Positions 46,731 through 57,553 of a stretch of DNA of 64,000 nucleotides are shown piece by piece. The position numbers and the translations under genes were made by a program. The stretch comes from an uncultured delta proteobacterium. GTDB lineage: Bacteria; Myxococcota_A; Polyangia; Fen-1088. Location of the stretch: positions 8,118 through 72,117 of the forward strand of contig CAWAKD010000001.1 of assembly GCA_963782545.1 (NCBI GenBank), given 5' to 3'. Position 1 is the stretch's first letter; each line of letters begins with the position of its first letter. The notes under the pieces were generated by a model. That model was not told the origin of the DNA. It saw only the letters and a program-made list of their open reading frames with translations, and ran no database searches.

Positions 46731-47501
46731 CTAGAGTCTCACACCAGCGCCCAATGCGACGCGGAGGTACTTGGTGCTCGTCGTGAGAGTATTGGCCCCC
46801 GACGCCCACTTCTGGAAACCGATCTGATAGCCACCGCCCACGTTGACGAAGATCCGGTCCGTCATCTGCATGGTGGCGCCGACACCAAACGCAACGACAA
46901 ACCCTTTGGGAGAGGAATTGGTGGTGATGAGTGAGTACCCCGGAAGCAGTTCGGCGTAAAGCTTCGTGCCCTCCACGATCTGGATCTCGCCCGCCACCCG
47001 CGCCATGAGGTCGTATTCCCTGACAGCATCGACGGGCACGGTGGGCGCCTTTTCCTTTACGTTGAAGATCGCCTGCGGTGCCAAGCCGGCGACCAGATAA
47101 GGCAGGACCTGGTAGCCAACCGACAGACCAAGGCCATACGCAAAGGCGGCGTCCGTGGTGACGGTCGTGATCGGGTTGGGCGAATTGGTCCACCTACCGA
47201 GGCCCATCGGCAAGAACGCCAAACCCACCTGGAACTTGCGCTGCGACGCTGCAGGCTCGGACACCAGAACGGCGGCCACGTGGTCAGCGGGCTGAACGGT
47301 GGTCGGAGCCGGGGCCGGTACCGACGCTGAGGGTAGCGTCGCAACTTTGCCGGCAGCAGCCGGAGCCGCGGCGGTAGCCGCGTCGCCCGCAACCACAGCG
47401 GTGGCAGCTGCTTGAGTGGTTTCTTGAGCGGCTTCTTGAGCGTAGGCCATGTCAGCCAGCGCGAACAGGGCCAGACCAACTAGGGTGCTTGCTTTGCGCA
47501 T
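46731..47501 (-). CDS. Small outer-membrane beta-barrel protein
   Basis: Signal MRKASTLVGLALFALADMAYA and an Ala/Pro-rich linker. Then about 8 amphipathic strands (...FQVGLAFLPMGLG..., ...YGLGLSVGYQV..., ...FGVGATMQM..., ...YLRVALGAGVRL). Confidence 0.6.
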   Translation of the reverse strand: MRKASTLVGLALFALADMAYAQEAAQETTQAAATAVVAGDAATAAAPAAAGKVATLPSASVPAPAPTTVQPADHVAAVLVSEPAASQRKFQVGLAFLPMGLGRWTNSPNPITTVTTDAAFAYGLGLSVGYQVLPYLVAGLAPQAIFNVKEKAPTVPVDAVREYDLMARVAGEIQIVEGTKLYAELLPGYSLITTNSSPKGFVVAFGVGATMQMTDRIFVNVGGGYQIGFQKWASGANTLTTSTKYLRVALGAGVRL

Positions 47502-48058
47502 GCCTCTTCTTTCGTCCGTTTGGGTGGTTCCGTCAAGGGCGAACTTTGTATCCGAAGAATTCAGGTGCAGGGGCAGAAAACCGATGGTGTTGGTGGCTGT
47601 CTTGTGCTCTCTGTCCGTCGAGTCCGTCCCCTCGATGGGCAAGAACAGCAAGCACAAATGACCAGCGCCCAAGGCACGAAAATGCAGGCGGCGCTCACGT
47701 AGTTACCATCGACGAACCTCAAGAGCGGGACGCGCGGACCGGTTTCAATCAGTCCAAGGAGCTGCTCATGTGCAATGAGCTTCCACTCGGACGAGCCAAG
47801 GCCATTTCAACTGCCTTCTGCGCTCGGTGCGAGCAGTCCGCTGCGATGGCCCCGACATACCCACCTCTTCTATCCCATCCGCCTTCGCGGCCAAGCCCGG
47901 GTGACGCGGACCACACGCCTCCCCCCAAAAAGTCACTGCGCGCCAAATTGCCTCTTGCCTTTCTTAGGGGATGGTGCAGCATCGCGCGAATGACCTAACG
48001 TGTCACCGGCGTGGAACCCTTTCCCAATAGCAGTGTGCGAACTCGTGGAGGTGTGTCG

Positions 48059-51000
48059 ATGAAGAAATCCAACTTTCGGCTCGTTGCTCTCGGTGTCCTT
48101 GTCCTGGCTTCTTGTAACAACACAAGCCCTGCGCCCGTCGAGTCGTCGACGGAAAACCTGACGGCAAGCAAGGCCGGCGGCAAGGACAAGATCACGGCAT
48201 GGGTGTTGATGAAGGATCAAGCCAACCTGGCGCAGGCCCGCGGCATCAAGGACTGGAAGGCGCGAGGCAAGGCGGTCCACGAGGGTCTCCAGAACCATGC
48301 CAACGTCCATCAGGCCAGCCTGCGGGCCTGGCTCAAGCAGAAGGGGATCGAGCACAAGCCGTTCTGGATCGTGAACACCATCAGGGTGACGACGAATCAG
48401 GCCACCCTGGACGAGATCGCCAAGCGGCCAGACGTGGCCCGAATTGTCGAAGACAAGACCTTCCCAGTGCCGCCGCTATTGCCGGCGGCGGACATCGTTC
48501 CCGTCGAGGGCACGGAATGGGGCCTGAATAGCATCAGGGCGCCGGATGCCTGGCAAAGCTTTGGGGCGTTCGGGGACGGCATCGTCGTCGCCAGCGTCGA
48601 CACCGGGGTGCAGTACGATCACCCGGCCCTGGTGAATCAATACCGCGGCCGACAAGCCGACGGGTCCTTCAACCACAACTACAACTGGTACGATCCGTCC
48701 AACTCTTGCGGCAGCCCATCGCTCGTTCCTTGCGACAACAACAACCACGGCACCCACACCATGGGCACCATGGTGGGCGACGATGGCTCTCCAGGCGCCA
48801 ACCGCATCGGCGTCGCGCCGCACGCCAAATGGATCGCGGCCAAAGGCTGCGAACAGAGTACCTGCAGCACCTCTTCGCTGCTTGCGGCTGGGCAGTGGAT
48901 CCTGGCGCCTACCGACCTCAACGGCCAGAATCCACGTTCCGACCTGCGCCCGAACATCGTCAACAACTCGTGGGGCGGCGGCGGCGGGGACGTCTGGTAC
49001 CAGCAGATCGTGCAGAATTGGGTGGCGGCCGGGATCTTCCCCGCGTTCTCCAACGGCAACTCGGGCTCGGGCTGCAGCACGTCGGGTACGCCAGGCGACT
49101 ATCCGGAGAGCTTCTCGGCCGGCGCCTACGATATCAACAACGTGATTGCCAGCTTCTCCAGTCGTGGCCCGTCGGCGTTTGCCGGAATCATCAAGCCGAA
49201 CATCGCAGCACCCGGCGTGAGCGTTCGCAGCAGCATCCCGGGCAACAGCTATGCCAGCTACAGTGGCACGTCGATGGCGTCGCCCCACGTTGCGGGCTCC
49301 GTCGCCCTGCTCTGGTCCTCCGCGCCGTCGCTGATTGGCGACATCGCCGCCACCGAGGCACTGCTGTCGCTGACCGCCGTGGACACCGCCGATACCAGCT
49401 GCGGCGGCACCGCAGCCAACAACAACGTTTGGGGCGAGGGAAGGCTGGACATCTACGCGGCCATCGATCAGGCCCCGCGCGGTCCTACCGGCACGCTCCA
49501 AGGCACGGTCACGACGGCGTCGGGAGGCGCGCCGCTGGCCGGTGCCACCATCACGGTTGCGGGCAGCAGCCGGACCGCCACCACCGACTCGACCGGCGCC
49601 TATCAGATGACGTTGCCGGTGGGCTCCTACACGGTGACCGCCAGCCTGTACGCCTACCAAAGCTCCTCGGCTGACCAAGTCGCCATCACCGAAGGGGCGA
49701 CAACAGTCCAGAACCTCGTCATGGTCGCGGTCCCATCGCACTCTCTCTCGGGTCAGGTGAGAGATGACCAGGGCGCGGCGGTGGCCAATGTCAAGGTCAC
49801 CATCCTTGGTACGCCGCTTGCGCCTGCCACCACTGGTGCTGATGGTAGCTACAGCTTCTCAGCCGTGCCTGATGGGGAATACGACGTCAAGGTGGACACC
49901 ACCGGCTGCCTCGCCGGCCTGACCTCGCACGTGACGATCGACGCCAACACGACCATCGACTTCGCGGTCGTGGCCCGCCGAGACACCTTCGGCTACTCGT
50001 GCCGAGCCGGAGCCTATGCGTATATTGCCGCCAACACCGTGCTCTCGCTGACGGGTGACGATTCTGCGGTGGCGGTGGCGCTGCCGTTCCCCTTCACGTT
50101 CTATGGTCAGCCCTACAGCACCGCCTACGTTTCCACCAATGGGATCGTGAACTTTCTCACCCCGGACTCGACGTATAGCAACACTAGCATCCCATCCGCC
50201 TCGACCCCCAACGCGGCCATCTATGCGATGTGGGACGACCTCTATGCTGACAGCGGGGTCGGCAGCATTCGTACCGAGCTGGTGGGCACTGCGCCGAACC
50301 GCAGCTTCGTCATCGAATGGCGTTCCGTGCACTTCTATGGCGTCGCGACGCCGCTCATCGGATTCGAAATGGTGCTCTCCGAGAACGGCCAGGTGGCCCT
50401 TCAGTACGCTACCGTGGGCAGCGACGGACGGGCGCAGGGCAACTCGGCGACCATCGGCATCGAGAACAGCTCGGGAACCGTGGCCTTGCAGTACTCGTAC
50501 AACCAAGCCGTGCTCAGCGACGGGCAGGCGATTGTTTTCGTGTCGCCGCCCGTGAACACCGCGCCCGTGGTCAACGCGGGAGCGGATCAGACCATCACCT
50601 TGCCCGCCACGGCGAGCTTGTCCGGGACCGCCACCGACGACGGGCTGCCCAATCCGCCCGCGACCGTGACCACCGCCTGGTCCGTGGTGTCGGGGACGGG
50701 TACGGTGACCTTCGCCAATCCCGCGGCGCTTGCCACCACGGCGAGCTTCTCGGCTTGGGGAACGTATACCCTGCGGCTGACCGCGAGCGACGGTTATCTG
50801 TCCGCGAGTGACGACCTCGTCGTCACCGTGAACCCGGCAGGCCCATCGCACTCTCTCTTGGGTCATGTGATAGACGACCAGGGCGCAGCGGTGGCCAATG
50901 TCAAGGTCACCATCGTCAATACGCCGCTTGCGCCTGCCACCACCGGCGCCGACGGTAGCTACAGCTTCGCGGCGGTGCCTGAGGGGGAATATGACGTCAA

Positions 51001-53416
51001 GGTGGACAGCGATGGTTGCCTTGCCGGCCAGACCTTGCACGTGGTCGTCAGCGCCGACACGACCCTCGACTTCGCGGTCGTGGCCCGCCAAGACGGCTTC
51101 GGCTACTCGTGCCGAGCCGGGGCCTACGCGTTTATTGACGCCAACACCGTGCTCTCGCTGACGGGGGACGACACCGCAGTGGCCGTGACGCTGCCGTTCC
51201 CCTTCACTTTCTACGGTCAGGCCTACAGCACGGCCTATGTTTCCACCAACGGGTTCGTGAACTTCCTCGCCCTGGACTCGTCGCTCTCCAACACCAGCCT
51301 TCCATCCACGTCGACCCCCAACGCGGCTATCTATGTGCTGTGGGATGACCTGTATGTCGATAGCGGTGTCGGCAGCGTTCGCACCGAGTTGGTCGGTACC
51401 GCGCCGAACCGCAGCTTCGTCATCGAATGGCGCACCGTGCGCTTCTATGGAAGCTCGACACCGCTGATTCGGTTCGAGATGGTCCTCTCCGAGAGCGGCC
51501 AGGTAACCCTTCAGTACGCTACCGTGGGCAGCGACGGCCGGGCGCAGGGCAACTCGGCAACCATCGGCATCGAGAACAGCTCGGGAACCGTTGCGCTGCA
51601 GTACTCGTACAACCAAGCCGTGCTCAGCGACGGGCAGGCGATTGTCTTCCTGCCACCGAACACCCCGCCACCCGTGAACACCCCACCGGTCGTCAACGCC
51701 GGCAATGACCAGACCATCACCTTGCCGGCCATCGCCAGCCTGACGGGCACGGCGACGGACGACGGTTTGCCCAACCCGCCCGCGACCGTGACCACCACGT
51801 GGTCCGTGGTGAGCGGGACGGGCACGGTGACCTTCGCCAATCCGGCGCTTCCGGTCACCACCGCGACCTTCTCGGCGGCGGGGATCTACACGCTACGGCT
51901 GACGGCGAGCGACAGTGTCTTGTCCGCCAGCGACGATGTCGTCGTCACGGTGAGCTCGAGTCCGCCGGTCAATCAGCCGCCGGTGGTCAACGCGGGATCC
52001 GATCAAGCGATCACCTTGCCGGCGCAGGCCAGCCTGACCGGCATGGCGAGTGACGACGGGTTGCCGAACCCACCCGCGACCGTGACCACCACGTGGTCCG
52101 TGGTGAGCGGAACGGGCACGGTGACCTTCGCCAATCCGGCGCTTCTGGCCACCACCGCGACCTTCTCGACCGCGGGGATCTACACGCTACGGCTGACGGC
52201 GAGCGACAGCGCCTTGTCGACCAGCGACGACATCGTCATCACGGTGAGCCCAGCTCCTCCGGTCAACCAGCCGCCCGTGGTGAATGCGGGCCAGGATCAG
52301 ACGATCACCTTGCCAGCCACGGCGAGCCTGTCGGGAACCGTGACCGACGACGGCCTGCCGAGCCCGCCCGCGACCGTGACCACGACCTGGTCGACGGTGA
52401 GTGGACCCGGAACCGTGACCTTCGGCGACGCAAGTCTGCGGGCCACGACGGCGACGTTCTCGGCGGCAGGAAGCTATACCCTGCGCCTGACCGCGAGCGA
52501 CAGTGCATTGTCCGCCAGCGACGACATTGTCGTGAACGTCAACGCGCCCGCGAACCAGGCGCCCGTGGCGAATGCCGGTGCGGATCAGGCGATCACCTTG
52601 CCCGCCACGGCCAGCCTGTCGGGAACCGTGACCGATGACGGGCTGCCGAGCCCGCCCGCAACGGTAACCACCACCTGGTCGAAAGTGAGCGGTCCAGGGA
52701 CCGTGACTTTTGGCAACGCGAGTGCGCGCGCAACCACCGCGACCTTCTCGACGTCAGGAAGCTACACCCTTCGCCTGACCGCGAACGACAGCGCCCTGTC
52801 CGCCAGCGACGACATTGTCGTGACGGTCAACGCCGCGCCGGTAAATCACGCGCCGGTGCCGAACGCGGGTGCGGACCAAACGATCACCTTGCCCGCCACG
52901 GCCAGCCTGTCGGGAACCGTGACCGACGACGGCCTGCCCAATCCACCCGCGACCGTGACCACGACCTGGTCCAAGGTGAGCGGACCAGGAACCGTGACCT
53001 TCGGCAATGCGAGCGCACGCGCAACCACGGCGACGTTCTCGACGTCCGGAAGCTACACACTTCGCCTGACTGCGAACGACAGCGCCCTTTCAGGAACCGA
53101 CGATATCGTCATCACCGTCAATGCCTCCGGAAGCACTCCTTGCTCCGGACTGTGCACCAACCCCATCGTATTCACCGTCAATGGAAGCTATTCGTCCGGT
53201 AACTTGGGAACCGGTGCAGTCTGCTACCAGACGACTTCCACCGTGCATGGCGGCAATTGCGGCAACTTCGTCAGCCCGCGGACGTTGAAGGTCAACGGCA
53301 CGACGGAGCCTTGTACTGGCGGCAACTGGTCGTCGATACCTGCCACGCGCAACGGCGGCTACTGCATCCAGACCACGACCGGCAATCAGCCGTGGGCCTA
53401 CTTCACCACGTGGTAG
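48059..53416 (+). CDS. Giant secreted subtilisin-like serine protease (S8) with I9 propeptide, CarboxypepD_reg-like, NIDO-like and PKD-like modules
   Basis: GGAGG lies 7 nt upstream of the ATG. Lipoprotein-type signal ...LGVLVLASC. Catalytic triad contexts VVASVDTGV / NNHGTHTMG / [12 protein letters not shown]. Repeat architecture is described under the repeat features. Confidence 0.9.
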   Translation: MKKSNFRLVALGVLVLASCNNTSPAPVESSTENLTASKAGGKDKITAWVLMKDQANLAQARGIKDWKARGKAVHEGLQNHANVHQASLRAWLKQKGIEHKPFWIVNTIRVTTNQATLDEIAKRPDVARIVEDKTFPVPPLLPAADIVPVEGTEWGLNSIRAPDAWQSFGAFGDGIVVASVDTGVQYDHPALVNQYRGRQADGSFNHNYNWYDPSNSCGSPSLVPCDNNNHGTHTMGTMVGDDGSPGANRIGVAPHAKWIAAKGCEQSTCSTSSLLAAGQWILAPTDLNGQNPRSDLRPNIVNNSWGGGGGDVWYQQIVQNWVAAGIFPAFSNGNSGSGCSTSGTPGDYPESFSAGAYDINNVIASFSSRGPSAFAGIIKPNIAAPGVSVRSSIPGNSYASYSGTSMASPHVAGSVALLWSSAPSLIGDIAATEALLSLTAVDTADTSCGGTAANNNVWGEGRLDIYAAIDQAPRGPTGTLQGTVTTASGGAPLAGATITVAGSSRTATTDSTGAYQMTLPVGSYTVTASLYAYQSSSADQVAITEGATTVQNLVMVAVPSHSLSGQVRDDQGAAVANVKVTILGTPLAPATTGADGSYSFSAVPDGEYDVKVDTTGCLAGLTSHVTIDANTTIDFAVVARRDTFGYSCRAGAYAYIAANTVLSLTGDDSAVAVALPFPFTFYGQPYSTAYVSTNGIVNFLTPDSTYSNTSIPSASTPNAAIYAMWDDLYADSGVGSIRTELVGTAPNRSFVIEWRSVHFYGVATPLIGFEMVLSENGQVALQYATVGSDGRAQGNSATIGIENSSGTVALQYSYNQAVLSDGQAIVFVSPPVNTAPVVNAGADQTITLPATASLSGTATDDGLPNPPATVTTAWSVVSGTGTVTFANPAALATTASFSAWGTYTLRLTASDGYLSASDDLVVTVNPAGPSHSLLGHVIDDQGAAVANVKVTIVNTPLAPATTGADGSYSFAAVPEGEYDVKVDSDGCLAGQTLHVVVSADTTLDFAVVARQDGFGYSCRAGAYAFIDANTVLSLTGDDTAVAVTLPFPFTFYGQAYSTAYVSTNGFVNFLALDSSLSNTSLPSTSTPNAAIYVLWDDLYVDSGVGSVRTELVGTAPNRSFVIEWRTVRFYGSSTPLIRFEMVLSESGQVTLQYATVGSDGRAQGNSATIGIENSSGTVALQYSYNQAVLSDGQAIVFLPPNTPPPVNTPPVVNAGNDQTITLPAIASLTGTATDDGLPNPPATVTTTWSVVSGTGTVTFANPALPVTTATFSAAGIYTLRLTASDSVLSASDDVVVTVSSSPPVNQPPVVNAGSDQAITLPAQASLTGMASDDGLPNPPATVTTTWSVVSGTGTVTFANPALLATTATFSTAGIYTLRLTASDSALSTSDDIVITVSPAPPVNQPPVVNAGQDQTITLPATASLSGTVTDDGLPSPPATVTTTWSTVSGPGTVTFGDASLRATTATFSAAGSYTLRLTASDSALSASDDIVVNVNAPANQAPVANAGADQAITLPATASLSGTVTDDGLPSPPATVTTTWSKVSGPGTVTFGNASARATTATFSTSGSYTLRLTANDSALSASDDIVVTVNAAPVNHAPVPNAGADQTITLPATASLSGTVTDDGLPNPPATVTTTWSKVSGPGTVTFGNASARATTATFSTSGSYTLRLTANDSALSGTDDIVITVNASGSTPCSGLCTNPIVFTVNGSYSSGNLGTGAVCYQTTSTVHGGNCGNFVSPRTLKVNGTTEPCTGGNWSSIPATRNGGYCIQTTTGNQPWAYFTTW
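49733..51961. repeat. Tandem duplication of a ~1.11-kb coding module (2 copies) inside the S8 gene
   Basis: CCATCGCACTCTCTC at 49733 and 50843, and TTCGGCTACTCGTGCCGAGCC at 49988 and 51098, give an exact 1110-nt period. Each copy is a CarboxypepD_reg-like beta-sandwich, a NIDO-like domain and one PKD-like domain. Copy 2 is 12 nt longer. Confidence 0.9.
51962..53123. repeat. Four tandem ~291-294-bp units encoding PKD/Ig-like domains
   Basis: Unit starts at about 51962, 52256, 52547 and 52835. Each encodes ..P(V)VNAG.DQ.ITLPA.ASL.G...[23 protein letters not shown]......TTATFS..G.YTLRLTA.DS.LS..DD.V.TV. Confidence 0.9.
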
Positions 53417-53553
53417 TCGGGTAGCGAGCCGGTCTGTTTCGCCGGCCGCAACCCATGCAACTGACGAACTGATTTTTGCGGCTGCAGGCGCTGTCTTGGA
53501 GGCGTCTGCAGCCCCGCGACACATCCGACAGGTCGGTCCTCATCGAGGCGTCG

Positions 53554-55269
53554 ATGATGCCCCATCTGGGCGACGAGCCGGGGTACACTGCCGCCGTGAT
53601 CGAGCCTGGACCCAGCGAATCTTCTCGGCCGAGCCCCCGGGAGACGCGTTCCGCACCTCTCGAGTTGGCAACCCACCGTCTGGTGCAAGGGCTTGCGGGT
53701 CTTTCGGACGCACGCCTGGCCTTGCTCGTGGCCCTGGCTCTGTTCGCTCTGGCCGCGTGGCCGCTCTTGCTCGTGGATCTGCCGCCTTTCCAGGACCTGC
53801 CCAATCACGTGGCCACGGCGCACATCATCGCGCATCCCGACCTCTATCCCGAGTACGTCTTCAACGGCTTTCTCAAATCGAATTCCCTGCTCACGCTCTG
53901 GCTCTACGTCGTAGGCCGCCATGGCCTGTTCGGGGCCGCGCGAGCCTTCACCACCATCGTCCTGGCAGCAAACGCGCTCGCACTCCCGCTGTTCGTGCTT
54001 CACTTCGCCGGGCGGCGCTCCATGCTGGTCGCGACGCTTTTCTTCTGGCCTCTGGTACACGGCTTCTTCGTCTCGATGGGAATGCTCAACTTCGAGCTCG
54101 CATTTCCACTCTCGCTGTTCCTGCTGACCGTGATCGATCGGCAACGGGAGCGCCCCACCTTGCCACGTGGCCTTGGCATCGCCGCCGTCTCGCTCGTGCT
54201 CTGGTACGCGCACCCGTTTCCACTCGCCGTCGCGATCGGACTCGTCGCCCTGCACGCCGTAAGCCGCGCCACCTGGCGGGCCCGCCTCGAGGCCACCCGC
54301 GCGCTTTTGTCGCCGCTTGCGCCGGCCGGAATCCTGTTCCTGGTGGCCGCGTATCGGCACCTGGTCAAGAGCGATGGCGCCTCGACCTCGACCGCCACAA
54401 CGTTTTCCTACCTCAATCCATGGGAGATCGTCGGTCACTTCTGGCTCGATGTTTCCGGCGCGCTCACGCGGTGGGGAACCATGACCATCGTCCCCGCCCT
54501 GCTGTTGCCGTATTTTGCTTGGAAGCATCGATCCGCGCGCCCCTTCTTCTCGATGCCGGCAATGGCGGTTCTCGCCGGCGCCTATGTCGCCCTGCCCGTG
54601 ATGCTGAGCAATTGGTGGTACCTCAACTGCCGGCTGGTTCCCTTCTTGTGGGCAGGGCTTGCACTGCGACTTCCAAGCAAACTGCCTCGGCCGGTCGTGG
54701 TCGTGCTCGTGGCCTGCGGCCTGTCCTTCTCGGCCGTGATGGGTGTCGACTATGTAAGGTTGGACCGCGACAGAGCTGAATTCACGGCTGGGATGGACGC
54801 CGTACCAGAGCGAGCCACGTTGCTCCCGTTAATGTTCAAGCACCGCAAGACCAGCGACTTCACGGCAAGCCTGACCCACGCGTGGGGTTACTACACGGTG
54901 GCGAAGAGCACGTCTGCGCCGCTGGCCTTCGCGGTGGAACGCTCGTATCCCATCACGTACCGGGAGTTCCCACCCCCGGCGCTGATTCCGCCCGCCCTCG
55001 ACCGATTCGCCGAGCGATACGGTACCGCAGCGCGGATGTGCAGGGTCCTCCGTGTGCTTCCGGTCGAGACGGCCTGCACGGCGCCCTGGCGCGAACTATG
55101 GAACGCCTTCTGGCGGCAGGCAGAGCCCCGTTTTACTCACTTGCTTACCTGGGCCATTCCCCCCGAAGCGCGGCCCATGATACCCAAGCGCTACCACCGC
55201 ATCTTCGCGGCAGGAGATCTCAAGATCTACGCCCGAGAGACTCCGACAACCGACTCTTCCGCGCCATGA
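53554..55269 (+). CDS. Polytopic membrane protein (about 12 TM) with soluble C-terminal domain; GT-C-like topology, family unknown
   Basis: High GC3 and long hydrophobic helices throughout 53700-54750. ATG 53554 is the first ATG after the upstream gene. The functional call is topology-based only. Confidence 0.55.
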   Translation: MMPHLGDEPGYTAAVIEPGPSESSRPSPRETRSAPLELATHRLVQGLAGLSDARLALLVALALFALAAWPLLLVDLPPFQDLPNHVATAHIIAHPDLYPEYVFNGFLKSNSLLTLWLYVVGRHGLFGAARAFTTIVLAANALALPLFVLHFAGRRSMLVATLFFWPLVHGFFVSMGMLNFELAFPLSLFLLTVIDRQRERPTLPRGLGIAAVSLVLWYAHPFPLAVAIGLVALHAVSRATWRARLEATRALLSPLAPAGILFLVAAYRHLVKSDGASTSTATTFSYLNPWEIVGHFWLDVSGALTRWGTMTIVPALLLPYFAWKHRSARPFFSMPAMAVLAGAYVALPVMLSNWWYLNCRLVPFLWAGLALRLPSKLPRPVVVVLVACGLSFSAVMGVDYVRLDRDRAEFTAGMDAVPERATLLPLMFKHRKTSDFTASLTHAWGYYTVAKSTSAPLAFAVERSYPITYREFPPPALIPPALDRFAERYGTAARMCRVLRVLPVETACTAPWRELWNAFWRQAEPRFTHLLTWAIPPEARPMIPKRYHRIFAAGDLKIYARETPTTDSSAP

Positions 55270-55397
55270 ATCGGGACCGGCCACGCGATCTCGATTGCGA
55301 CCGAGGAGCAGCCGTGGCGCGGATTGACCGGGTTTCACGCATTCCGGGGCTTGACTGGCTTGCGGCGCTAATAAGATAATGATCTCTTTAAGGCATT

Positions 55398-56558
55398 ATG
55401 CGTCCTCTCCGCGTCGGTATCGTAGCCGAGAGCTACTTCCCCAATCTTGGAGGCATTCAGGAGCACGTACGCCATCTGCGTAACCTCCTCGAACGTCAAG
55501 GCGTGGAAGTGACGATTTTGACCGGACGGCCAACCCCATCGGCCGCGCCTGGGCCCGAGGACGCCGAGCGAGGCGTCATTCGCGTCGGGCGGGCGCACAG
55601 CATACGGACCGGGGGAACCTTCACCCAAGCCACGATCGGCCCACTTAGCGCCTACAACTTCTATCGCACCCTCCGCAAGGGGCAGTTCGATTTACTCAAC
55701 ATTCACGGGCCCTGCGACTTTGGCTTGGCTTTCTTGGGACTGTCGATGTTTCGCGGGCCCAAGGTGTTGACGCTGCACAACGCTAGCTTTCCCGATGCGC
55801 GTTGGCGACACCGAGTGGCGCCGTACTACCGATGGGTTTTTAGGCGAGCCGCCGCGGTCATTGCGGTCTCCGAGGCGTCGGCACAATCGATGGGTCGCTA
55901 TGCCGATTTCCAATCGACCATCATTCCGAACGGTATCGACGTGGCGTACTGGCGCGCGGGCCCGAACCCCCAATATTTTCGACCCGGGATGCGGAGCCTC
56001 GTCTATCTCGGCCGGCTTGAACAACGCAACGGGCCCGATGTGGCGATCGAGGCCTTCTGTAAAGTCGCGTCCTTGTTGCCAGACGTGCGGCTGCTCATGG
56101 CGGGCGATGGCCCCATGCGCTCTGACCTCCAAGCGCAAGTCCCCTCGCACCTGCGAGAACGGGTCGAATTCCTCGGTGCAGTCTACGACCAACGTCCGGA
56201 ACTGCTCGCGTCGTCCTCGGTGTTCCTGCTGCCGGCTCGGGCGGTGGGATTCTCCATCATGGTGCTCGAGGCGTTTGCCGCGGGCTTGCCCGTGGTGGCG
56301 CTGCCTGCCCTCGGAACCGATCGGGCGGGCGACCATTGGTCGAATGTGATCAAGGCCAGGGACAACAGCGCCGCGGCATTTGCCGACGCTGTGATCGACA
56401 CGCTCCAGAGGGACCAAGGCGATCGCATCGCGCGCGGACGAGCCATTGCCGAAGCCTTCGACTGGGGGAGGATCGTGAGCAGGATTCTCGACGTCTTCCA
56501 GCGCGTGGCTGGGTCGCCCGCCCAGTCGTCGGGCTGCCGCCCTCAGGCCGCAGCGTAA
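55398..56558 (+). CDS. GT4-family glycosyltransferase (PimA-like)
   Basis: MRPLRVGIVAESYFPNLGGIQEHVRHL... N-terminus and C-terminal ...VFLLPAR.VGFSIMVLEAFAAGLPVVA (E-x7-E region). Confidence 0.85.
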   Translation: MRPLRVGIVAESYFPNLGGIQEHVRHLRNLLERQGVEVTILTGRPTPSAAPGPEDAERGVIRVGRAHSIRTGGTFTQATIGPLSAYNFYRTLRKGQFDLLNIHGPCDFGLAFLGLSMFRGPKVLTLHNASFPDARWRHRVAPYYRWVFRRAAAVIAVSEASAQSMGRYADFQSTIIPNGIDVAYWRAGPNPQYFRPGMRSLVYLGRLEQRNGPDVAIEAFCKVASLLPDVRLLMAGDGPMRSDLQAQVPSHLRERVEFLGAVYDQRPELLASSSVFLLPARAVGFSIMVLEAFAAGLPVVALPALGTDRAGDHWSNVIKARDNSAAAFADAVIDTLQRDQGDRIARGRAIAEAFDWGRIVSRILDVFQRVAGSPAQSSGCRPQAAA

Positions 56559-56622
56559 CGATGGCGGCCGAGGCCTGGGCGTGGAGCCGCGGCATGCTGA
56601 CCTTTGCAACGCGGGATCGCGT

Positions 56623-57543
56623 GTGACTCACCGACGCTGGAAGATCGTCCTGCGTTGTCTACCGCTCTGCCTGTTGGCGGTGGTCATGTGGCGAGAGAAG
56701 CCCTGGATGGTCCGATTCTCGCCGAGCGCCCCCTGGGCGGTGACGGCGACGATTCTGCTCAACTTCGCCGTGTACCTACCGCTGAAGGCTTTGCGCTGGC
56801 GCGTGGCCTTGACCCTACCGCCGCCATTCCGCCAAGTGCTGGCCGCAACCCTCGAGGGCCTTTTGGCCAATGCCGCGATCGGGTTCGGCAGCGGGGACTT
56901 GGTTCGCTCGGCGCGCCTGCGACGGCAGCGCCATCTGGAGGACGGACAACTCGCCGTCGACTATGCTTGCAGCTGGGCGGAGCGCGGCGCCGAGGTGTTG
57001 GCGCTGGCCATCCTGATCTTCGCCGCCGCGCTCATGACGAAGCTCGGGGCGTGGGCCTTGGGTCTCTCGGGCTTGGCCGTGGCAGCCTATGTCGCTTTGC
57101 TCGGCACGGGTCGTTTCCTCGTACCGCGACTTTGCCGATGGCCGCGCCTGCAGCGCGCGCTGTCGTCGGGATTGCGGGCATCCACGCCTCGCCGGGTGGC
57201 GGCCATGGTCGGGTTGTCCCTGCTCGGGTGGGGAAGCGAGCTCGTGATGCTGGTGCTGTTCCAGGGAGCCTTCCATCTTGGACCCAGCTTTCGCATGGCT
57301 CTGCTCACTCTGGTGGGCATCAACACCGCCATCGTCATTCCGACCTTGCCCGGCAATTTTGGAACCTTCGAAGCCGGTGCCACGATGGCCTTGGTCATTT
57401 GCGGCGCGCCACGCGACGTCGCCATCCTCTATGCTTTGACCTATCACCTGACCCACGTGATCCCGGTTGCCATCGTGGCCACCATGATCTACCTCGTCCG
57501 CTCCCACGGCCGCGCCACTGCCAAGTGGGGAAACTCGCCATGA
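56623..57543 (+). CDS. Lysylphosphatidylglycerol-synthase-TM-region / UPF0104 flippase-like membrane protein
   Basis: Eight TM helices. ...LKALRWRVAL... and ...IPTLPGNFGTFEAGATMAL... blocks are typical of this family. The GTG 56623 start is uncertain (ORF open from 56581). Confidence 0.65.
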   Translation: MTHRRWKIVLRCLPLCLLAVVMWREKPWMVRFSPSAPWAVTATILLNFAVYLPLKALRWRVALTLPPPFRQVLAATLEGLLANAAIGFGSGDLVRSARLRRQRHLEDGQLAVDYACSWAERGAEVLALAILIFAAALMTKLGAWALGLSGLAVAAYVALLGTGRFLVPRLCRWPRLQRALSSGLRASTPRRVAAMVGLSLLGWGSELVMLVLFQGAFHLGPSFRMALLTLVGINTAIVIPTLPGNFGTFEAGATMALVICGAPRDVAILYALTYHLTHVIPVAIVATMIYLVRSHGRATAKWGNSP

Positions 57544-57553
57544 AAGGACTACA

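Noticed and set aside
49733-53123. Highly periodic repeats that could be mistaken for a CRISPR-like array or an assembly duplication.
   Set aside because: Periods are 1110 nt and about 291-294 nt, in frame within one long ORF, and they encode folded-domain repeats. There are no short spacer/repeat units.
55350-55376. TTGACT ... TAAGAT sigma-70-like hexamers upstream of the GT4 gene.
   Set aside because: Spacing is 15 nt rather than 16-18, and the -10 hexamer matches only 4 of 6. This is not enough to report as a promoter.
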